Below are positions 57,944 to 64,000 of a stretch of 64,000 nt of DNA, in pieces. A model generated the notes under the pieces. The model was not told the DNA's origin, ran no database searches, and saw only the letters and a list, made by a program, of their open reading frames with translations. Made by a program: the position numbers and the translations under genes. Positions within the stretch are counted from its first letter, which is position 1, and the number at the start of each line of letters is the position of its first letter. Source of the DNA: Trueperaceae bacterium (lineage in GTDB: Bacteria > Deinococcota > Deinococci > Deinococcales > Trueperaceae); assembly GCA_965215565.1 (NCBI GenBank), contig CBDCDZ010000004.1:1920001-1984000 (forward strand), in the 5' to 3' direction.

Positions 57944-59131
57944 TCACTCTCGGCAGAAGAGTAGCGCCGTCGTGATGCCCAGCACGAGCATCGTGCAGGT
58001 GAGCGCTAAAACCCCGGCCCACCCGAAGCTCGGTAGGAGCAGCCCCGGCAAGAACGCACCTAGACTGCCGCCGATGTAGTACGTGAAGAGGTAGAGCGAG
58101 TTCGCGCCGCCCCTGTCGTGGTCTGCTTGCGTCGCGACAAACGAGGTGGCGGTGCTCTGCGTGGCGAAGTTGCCGAAGCAGAGTATTAGCAGCGCTGCGA
58201 CGAGGAAAGGCGTATTAGGTACGAGCGTCGCGAAGTTTGCGGCGAGCGCGACGAGCATCCCGAGCGCCATCACGAGGCGTCTGCTGAGGCGCTGGGTGAG
58301 CAGCCCCGAGAGCGGCGAAGAGAGCAACCCCGCCGCGTAGACGAGGTAGATGAGGCCTGTCGCTGAGGGCGAGAAGTTAAAGGGCGGCGCTTCCACGTAA
58401 AATGGCAAGTACGTAAAAATCGCGATGAACGCGAAGAAGAGACAAAACCCCACGCCTAAACCGCCGAGGATCGGGCGGTTGGAGAGGTGGGAGAGGAGTC
58501 CCTTAAACGCCTGCGTGAATTTGGGCGCAGCGTGAAAGTGCGTAGACGGCTGGAGCCTAAGTAACAGCAACCCCACGAGCAGCGCCACCCCCGCGCTGAG
58601 AACGAACATCCAGCGCCAGCCGAAGAGGTCCGTAACGAAACCGCTCAGCACGCGGCTCACGAGCCCGCCGAAGACCGTCGCGCCGATATAGCCGCCGATG
58701 AGCGCCGACGAGCGCCCGCGCTCGAACTCCTCGGTGAGATACGTGACCGTCACCGCCGTGATGCCGGGGACGAGGCAGCCCTGCAAAAAGCGCCATACGA
58801 GGAGCACGCCCAGGTTCGGCGCGAAGGCGCACAGGAGGGAGGGAACGCTCAAGAGGAGCGTGCAGCCCACCAGCATCGGCTTGCGCCCGACGCGGTCCGA
58901 GAGCGGCCCCGTCACGAGCGACGCGCCCGCAATGCCAAAGATCAGCAAGCTCACCGTCAAACTCACGGCGCTGGGGCTCGCCGAGAGGTCGCGAGCGATG
59001 ACGGGCAAGACCGCCTGCGGCGTGTACATGGCGATAAACGCCGCGACAACGGCGGCGTAGAGGAGCAGGGTGTCGAGCCAGCTCGAGGACTGCTTAAACT
59101 TCGGCTCTGAAGACAGAGACGGCTGGGGCAT
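57944..59131 (-). CDS. MFS transporter (YnfM-like)
   Basis: About 12 TMs, motif A 'GPLSDRVGRK', 'SLYLFTYYIGGSLG'. Confidence 0.9.
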   Translation of the reverse strand: MPQPSLSSEPKFKQSSSWLDTLLLYAAVVAAFIAMYTPQAVLPVIARDLSASPSAVSLTVSLLIFGIAGASLVTGPLSDRVGRKPMLVGCTLLLSVPSLLCAFAPNLGVLLVWRFLQGCLVPGITAVTVTYLTEEFERGRSSALIGGYIGATVFGGLVSRVLSGFVTDLFGWRWMFVLSAGVALLVGLLLLRLQPSTHFHAAPKFTQAFKGLLSHLSNRPILGGLGVGFCLFFAFIAIFTYLPFYVEAPPFNFSPSATGLIYLVYAAGLLSSPLSGLLTQRLSRRLVMALGMLVALAANFATLVPNTPFLVAALLILCFGNFATQSTATSFVATQADHDRGGANSLYLFTYYIGGSLGAFLPGLLLPSFGWAGVLALTCTMLVLGITTALLFCRE

Positions 59132-59140
59132 AGGCGAATA

Positions 59141-59345
59141 TAGCAGGTCTAGCGGCTAGCGGGAGCGCACCACGCGCGACAGCGGGACCACGCGACTTCA
59201 TCTGGTCATAGACACTCACACTTTATAAAATGATGTTTCGCTTCGCGAAAACTGCGTAACTACCACGCACATTCAGTGATGCCACCCTTCGCAGAACGAA
59301 AACTACATGAGCGACACTCTGTCTCAGGATGTTGCGGAACCGCTA
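59141..59345 (+). mobile_element. Family A MITE, expanded composite copy
   Basis: TA-TAGCAGGT start, TCATCTGGTC core, CACGCACATTC, GTCTCAG...GGAACCGCTA end; modules shared with 12565-12604 and the 167-bp repeats. Confidence 0.7.
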
Positions 59346-59351
59346 AATGAA

Positions 59352-59403
59352 AGCAATGAGCAATGAGTGGAAGACAAAAACTCATTGCTCGTTGCTCGTT
59401 GCT
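59352..59403. repeat. Heptamer tandem-repeat hairpin
   Basis: AGCAATGAGCAATGAGT...ACTCATTGCTCGTTGCTCGTTGCT. Confidence 0.8.
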
Positions 59404-59405
59404 CT

Positions 59406-60353
59406 CTACGCAACGTCCTGCCGCGTGAAGCTCCACACCAAAATGCCAGCGAAGATAAGCGCGTAGACCGCCATCACCACCGCTGAGCGCGTGAGGTCCA
59501 CCGTCAAGAAGTCAGCCAGCGGCCCGCCGATATCGCCTATCGCGTCCTGTCCGAACACCTCAGCGAACTCGCTTAGGGGCTGCATGGAGGGCGCGTAGAG
59601 GTTCGTCGAGAAGAAGTAGCGGGGCAAGTCTCGGATGGTGTTTTGAATCTGCAACGCCTCTAGCGCCGCGTTGAAGCGGTTGATGCGGTCGAAGCCGACG
59701 ACGACGCTGTAAAAGCTATATGCCCCCTCTAAAAGCGCGGGCAAAAAGAAGATGCTGACGATGCCAAGAGGCAAGTTGCGCAGCAGCCAGATCATCAAAA
59801 AGGCGAAGAGCATCGCCGTGAGCCCGAAGACCCACTGCAGTGCGTAGAGCCCGGCGAGCCCCAACCAGTCCGCCCCGAACGAGGTCGGTAAAAAGAGCAT
59901 CCCGACGCCCCCGAAGAGCAGCCCGCTGAGGTAGCTGCCGAGCAGGAGCACGCCGAAGACGATCATCGCGGCGACGAGTTTGCCTGTGAGCACAGTTAAG
60001 CGGCTCGGCTGCGCGGTCAAGACCGTCTTCCACATGTTCTGCGAGCGCTCCTCACCGATGAAGAGGGCGGCCAGAAGGGCGATCACGATGATGAGCAAGC
60101 TCGGCGAGAGGAGCCCCAAGAGTAAGAGGTTGTTGCGGGTGATGGCGACGGGCGAGGCGACGAGTTGGACGATCTCGCGGACGCTCACCGCTTCGTCAGC
60201 GAACGAGCCCGCCACCCGGCTCTGCAAAATCCAGCCGATGAGGAGCAGCAGCGCGGGCACCAAGAGCCACATGAGCCCCACCATGAGGTACGTGCGGCGT
60301 TTGCGCACCGCTTTGAAGAGTTCGGCGCGGATGACGTTGGTTAGGCCGTTCAT
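59406..60353 (-). CDS. ABC-2 type transporter permease
   Basis: 'IRAELFK', 'GEERSQNMWKTVLTAQPSR', C-terminal 'FTRQDV'. Confidence 0.88.
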   Translation of the reverse strand: MNGLTNVIRAELFKAVRKRRTYLMVGLMWLLVPALLLLIGWILQSRVAGSFADEAVSVREIVQLVASPVAITRNNLLLLGLLSPSLLIIVIALLAALFIGEERSQNMWKTVLTAQPSRLTVLTGKLVAAMIVFGVLLLGSYLSGLLFGGVGMLFLPTSFGADWLGLAGLYALQWVFGLTAMLFAFLMIWLLRNLPLGIVSIFFLPALLEGAYSFYSVVVGFDRINRFNAALEALQIQNTIRDLPRYFFSTNLYAPSMQPLSEFAEVFGQDAIGDIGGPLADFLTVDLTRSAVVMAVYALIFAGILVWSFTRQDVA

Positions 60354-60516
60354 AGGGGTCCCTTCGGGACAGAATGGAGAATGGAGAAGGAAGAATAGAG
60401 AAGAGGTCTCCAACCTTGGGCGCTATGAGACCGGGATACTGTGTTCTGTATTCTCAATTCTATATTACTAAGACGCTGCCGTAACAATGGAATCCGTGAA
60501 AACTCAACGCTAACCC

Positions 60517-61428
60517 TCACTGCGGTCTTCCGTCCTCTTTGAGCAGTTTGAGGTAGGCGTCCTCTAGGCTGTCCACCTCGCGCCGCGCCTCTAAGACGTC
60601 CACCCCTTCGGCGGCTAGGCGCGAGAGGAGTTTGGGGGCGTCCTCGAGGGGGACGACGGTCTCCAACCTCTCCCCTTCAACGTCCTGCACCGAGTAACCG
60701 AACTTTTGCAAGGCTGACTTCAAGACCTCTTGGTCGGTTGCCTGAAGCTCGTAGCTCGCCTGCGGCTCGTCCAGTCGCTTGGTGAGACGCTGCAAGGGTC
60801 CGTCGAAGAGGAGCTTGCCTCTCTCTACGACTAATACGCGCTCCACTAATTTTTCGATCTCGGCTAAGATGTGGCTCGAGATGAGGATCGTCACCCCCTC
60901 CTGCGCGGTGGCTCTCAAGTTCTCGCGGATTTCCGCAATGCCAACAGGGTCCAAGCCGTTCGTAGGCTCATCCAGGAGCATCACCTTGGGTTTCCACAGG
61001 AGCGCGCGCGCCAAGCCTAAGCGCTGCCGCATCCCCTGGGAGTAGGCGGAGAGCTTTTTGTCGGCGGCGTTCTCCATGCGCACGAACTTCATCACCTCGT
61101 CGATGCGCTTCTCGGGCACGCCGCCGTGCAAGAGCGAGGCGTGCTTGAGGTTCGCCCTGCCGGTCAAGTAGGGGTAAAAGCTCGGCTCCTCGATCATCGT
61201 GCCGACCTCCAAGAGGCTCGGTCCGGGGGCAGGCTGGTCCAGTATCTTCGAGCTGCCGCTCGTCGGGCGGATCAGCCCGGCGAGCATCCGCAGCGTCGTC
61301 GTCTTGCCCGCGCCGTTGGGTCCCAAAAAGCCGACGATCTCCCCCTCATTGATGTCGAAGCTCATGCCCTCCACAGCGGCTTTGCGCCCGTAGCGTTTGG
61401 TCAGATTAGTCGCTGAAATCGCGCTCAT
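60517..61428 (-). CDS. ABC transporter ATP-binding protein
   Basis: GPNGAGKTT, YSQGMRQR, LLDEPTNGLD, SSH. Confidence 0.95.
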   Translation of the reverse strand: MSAISATNLTKRYGRKAAVEGMSFDINEGEIVGFLGPNGAGKTTTLRMLAGLIRPTSGSSKILDQPAPGPSLLEVGTMIEEPSFYPYLTGRANLKHASLLHGGVPEKRIDEVMKFVRMENAADKKLSAYSQGMRQRLGLARALLWKPKVMLLDEPTNGLDPVGIAEIRENLRATAQEGVTILISSHILAEIEKLVERVLVVERGKLLFDGPLQRLTKRLDEPQASYELQATDQEVLKSALQKFGYSVQDVEGERLETVVPLEDAPKLLSRLAAEGVDVLEARREVDSLEDAYLKLLKEDGRPQ

Positions 61429-61441
61429 GCGTCGCTCCTTA

Positions 61442-61598
61442 TAGCAGGTTACTTCGTATAGCTTCGCTCAATCATCTGGTCTGAGATACTGCCACTTTTG
61501 AGAACATCGTTTAGCACACACATTCTGAGATGAAGTCCCGCTATTGCTGCGCAATGAGATTTGCGTTCGTTTATCTCAGTATGTTTTGGAAGTGCTAT
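61442..61598 (+). mobile_element. Family A MITE, expanded copy, TA-flanked
   Basis: TAGCAGGT...ATCATCTGGTCTGAGA...TCTCAGTATGTTTTGGAAGTGCTA; the 3' end is nearly identical to the 14624 copy. Confidence 0.8.
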
Positions 61599-61795
61599 TA
61601 TATGCGTTTTGCCCCCTCTAAGCTTACACTCTGCTCGTCACCTCTTGTCGAGGCGTGCGTACGGATTCTGGCTGGACGCCTGTCGCAACGCTCGAGCTTT
61701 ACAATCCCTTCACGTCCGCTCGAACTGGACGAAAATGAAGGTTCGTTCGTGACGAACGAGGTATTCCTCACGTTTTTGCGCGTTAGGCTGAGGGT

Positions 61796-62677
61796 ATGCA
61801 ACTACTCGAGTGGCTCGTCATCATTCTCGTTTACTTCGCCGCTTACGGTCTTTGGTCGACGTTTGAGGCGCGCCGCGAACGCGCGCCCTACCGCCCTGAA
61901 AAGGCGCGCTTGCGCCGCCGCGCCGTGAGGCTGAGCGTTCTCACGCTCGGCTTGCTCGGGCTCGGCTTGGCCTACAACAGCCCTACCGTTCAGACATTGT
62001 TCTCCGCTCCACCTCTTACCTACCCTGAAACTGAACCGCAAGACGAAACCCGCCTGCTGCCCCCGCTCACCGAGTACACCCAGGGCGACGCACACCTCGT
62101 CGTTGCGCCGCCCCCGCTACTGGGCGCAACCCGACAAGGTCCTAAGGAAACCGTGACCCGCAAGGTCAGCGTCGCCGCGCTACCCTCACCCGCTAGAGGT
62201 GCCGACTTGGGCGCGGCGGCGAGTGCGTCTCCTGTAGCGACTCCGCCGATAGCCACGCCGCCCGCGAAGAGGTTAGTCGAACGTGCGCCCGCCCAACCCC
62301 CTCAGCGTGCCGAACGCCTAGCGCCGAGTCCTAAGCCGAGCCCCAGACCGGCGCTCATCAGCCCTCACCCAGCTAAGCCCCAAGTCCGCCTCTCGTTCCA
62401 GAGTGACCCTGCGGGCGCGACGCTCTACGTGGACGGCGCGCGCGTCGGCGTGACGCCCACCGAGCTTTCGGTGGAGGCGGGGAAGCGCCTGCACTACACT
62501 CTCCGCGCCGAAAGCAACTTACCGAACCACGAACTTTACTACCCTCACCTGGACATGCTCGAGCCCACCCAAAACGCCTCTTTAAGCGTATGGCTGGAGC
62601 GCCTCAACCACGAAGAGGTGGCGGCTTTGCAAGCAGGCAATACACGTGGTTTGCCAGCGTTCGACTCGTTCGACTAA
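61796..62677 (+). CDS. Membrane protein with a Pro-rich linker and a PEGA domain
   Basis: Two TMs, P/A-rich linker, 'SDPAGATLYVDGARVGVTP'. Confidence 0.8.
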   Translation: MQLLEWLVIILVYFAAYGLWSTFEARRERAPYRPEKARLRRRAVRLSVLTLGLLGLGLAYNSPTVQTLFSAPPLTYPETEPQDETRLLPPLTEYTQGDAHLVVAPPPLLGATRQGPKETVTRKVSVAALPSPARGADLGAAASASPVATPPIATPPAKRLVERAPAQPPQRAERLAPSPKPSPRPALISPHPAKPQVRLSFQSDPAGATLYVDGARVGVTPTELSVEAGKRLHYTLRAESNLPNHELYYPHLDMLEPTQNASLSVWLERLNHEEVAALQAGNTRGLPAFDSFD

Positions 62678-62678
62678 C

Positions 62679-64000
62679 CTAGCCCGTGTTGCGCATCCCC
62701 GCCGAGACTCCTAAGAGGCTCACGCGCACGGAGTAGTCGAGCGGGTCTCTTTCGGGGGCGTCCTCAGGCGAGCCGCGCAGCCGCTTTAAGAGTTCGACTT
62801 GCAGGTAGGAGATGGGATCGACGTAGGGGTTGCGCAGTTCGATGCCGCGCCGCAGGGTTGGATCGTGATCCAGTAGGGACGCGCCCGTCGCGCGGCTCAC
62901 AGCGTCTACGGAGCGCGCGTACTCCTCTTTGATCTTGGACCAGAAGCGTTCTCTCAGTTCATCCGGGATGAGCACCAAGTACGACTCGAAAATGCCCATG
63001 TCCGCTTTCGCGAGGCTCATCTGCGCGAAGTCGATGACGGTCCTGAAGAAGGGCCACGACTCATACATCTCTTTAAGGAGCGCGTCGTCTAGCTCAGCTA
63101 AGCCCGTCCCTAAGCCGTACCAGCCCGGCAAGTTGGCGCGGCACTGCGTCCAGGAAAAAACCCAGGGGATGGCGCGGAGGCTCTCTAAAGAACGTTCGCC
63201 CTTGCGCCGGGCGGGACGAGAGCCCACCTCCAAACGGCTGATCTCCTCGATGGGCGTCACTTGATGGTAGAAGTCCAAAAAGCCCGGCGCTTCTAAAAAG
63301 GCGCGGTAGTGCGCTTTGGCGGCTCCGGCGGCGCGGCTGAGCGCCTCCCTGTGGCGAGAACTGACCTCGGGCAGGGTCTCGGGGCGAGCGTCGCGCGCCG
63401 ACGAGAGGATAAAGGCGTGCGTGACTTGCTCTAGGTGGCGGTGCGCTAAGTCGGGGTTGGCGTAGCGGTCAGAGAGCGCCTCGCCCTGCTCGGTCATGCG
63501 CATCCGCCCACCCAGCGAGCCCGGTGGCTGCGCTAGGATGGCGCGCCCCGCCGGACCGCCGCCGCGCCCGATCGAGGTGCCGCGCCCGTGGAAGAGGCGC
63601 AGCGGCACGTTCGCGCTTCGGCACACCTCGGCGACGCGCTCTTGCGCCTCGTAGAGCGCCCAGTTCGCCGCCAGAAAGCCCGCGTCCTTGTTCGAGTCGG
63701 AGTAACCGATCATCACCTCTTGCACGCCTCGGCGCTCGAGGTGCTCCCTATAGACGTCCAAGCTGAAAAGCCGGGTCAAGATGTCCGGCGCGTTCTCCAA
63801 ATCGGTTACGGTTTCGAAGAGCGGCGTGATGTCGAGGTGCGTCACGCCCGCCTGCTTCGCTAAGATGAGCGGCTCTAAGATATCGGAGACGCCCGCCGTC
63901 ATCGAGATGATGTAGCTGCTGGTCACGTCGTCTCCGTAGCGCCGCCCCATCTTTTTGTACGTCTCCAAAAAGGTCAGCGCGCGCACGGTCTCGTCCTCTA
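62679..64000 (-). CDS. ppc: Phosphoenolpyruvate carboxylase (C-terminal part; 5' end outside the window)
   Basis: 'PLFET', 'VMIGYSDSNKDAG', 'FHGRGTSIGRGGGP', 'LRAIPWVF', terminal 'MRNTG'. Confidence 0.97.
   Translation of the reverse strand, partial: EDETVRALTFLETYKKMGRRYGDDVTSSYIISMTAGVSDILEPLILAKQAGVTHLDITPLFETVTDLENAPDILTRLFSLDVYREHLERRGVQEVMIGYSDSNKDAGFLAANWALYEAQERVAEVCRSANVPLRLFHGRGTSIGRGGGPAGRAILAQPPGSLGGRMRMTEQGEALSDRYANPDLAHRHLEQVTHAFILSSARDARPETLPEVSSRHREALSRAAGAAKAHYRAFLEAPGFLDFYHQVTPIEEISRLEVGSRPARRKGERSLESLRAIPWVFSWTQCRANLPGWYGLGTGLAELDDALLKEMYESWPFFRTVIDFAQMSLAKADMGIFESYLVLIPDELRERFWSKIKEEYARSVDAVSRATGASLLDHDPTLRRGIELRNPYVDPISYLQVELLKRLRGSPEDAPERDPLDYSVRVSLLGVSAGMRNTG

Noticed and set aside
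897..63863. The many short ORFs overlapping identified genes
   Set aside because: These are antisense or off-frame shadows expected in GC-rich coding DNA, with no motifs or start signals.
1..64000. CRISPR array
   Set aside because: No regularly spaced direct repeats with unique spacers and no cas genes. The repeats found are dispersed or inverted.

Overview
GC-rich chromosomal window, most likely from a Deinococcota (Trueperaceae-like) bacterium. This is inferred from gene content and from -10 boxes placed directly before many start codons. Left to right it holds: (1) a partial DUF62 SAM hydrolase, a marR-tolC-tolC-MFP-RND efflux operon and an OmpR/BaeS-like two-component pair; (2) an accessory region at about 12-26.5 kb with two decayed IS630 elements, a general-stress cluster (YsnF/AvaK, DUF892-BON) and a decaying copper island (intact copA, cytochrome c and cupredoxin; remnants of a multicopper oxidase, glutaredoxin and Csp3); (3) mostly housekeeping genes (rimO, pilT, fabZ, wrbA, serA operon, recG, mscS, truD, tRNA-Asp, hemY, mobA, ABC transporter, partial ppc) with an AT-rich AIPR gene and a VapBC pair. 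The most notable unexplained structure is non-coding. A ~9.9 kb cassette is bracketed by 167-bp inverted repeats with one mismatch, and IS630 halves sit across its junctions, suggesting an inversion. A ~112-bp TA-targeting MITE family has about 11 copies; it is modular, and its ends repeatedly supply -10 boxes or RBS sequence for neighbouring genes. No CRISPR array or rRNA was seen. All calls come from reading the sequence by eye, with no database searches.
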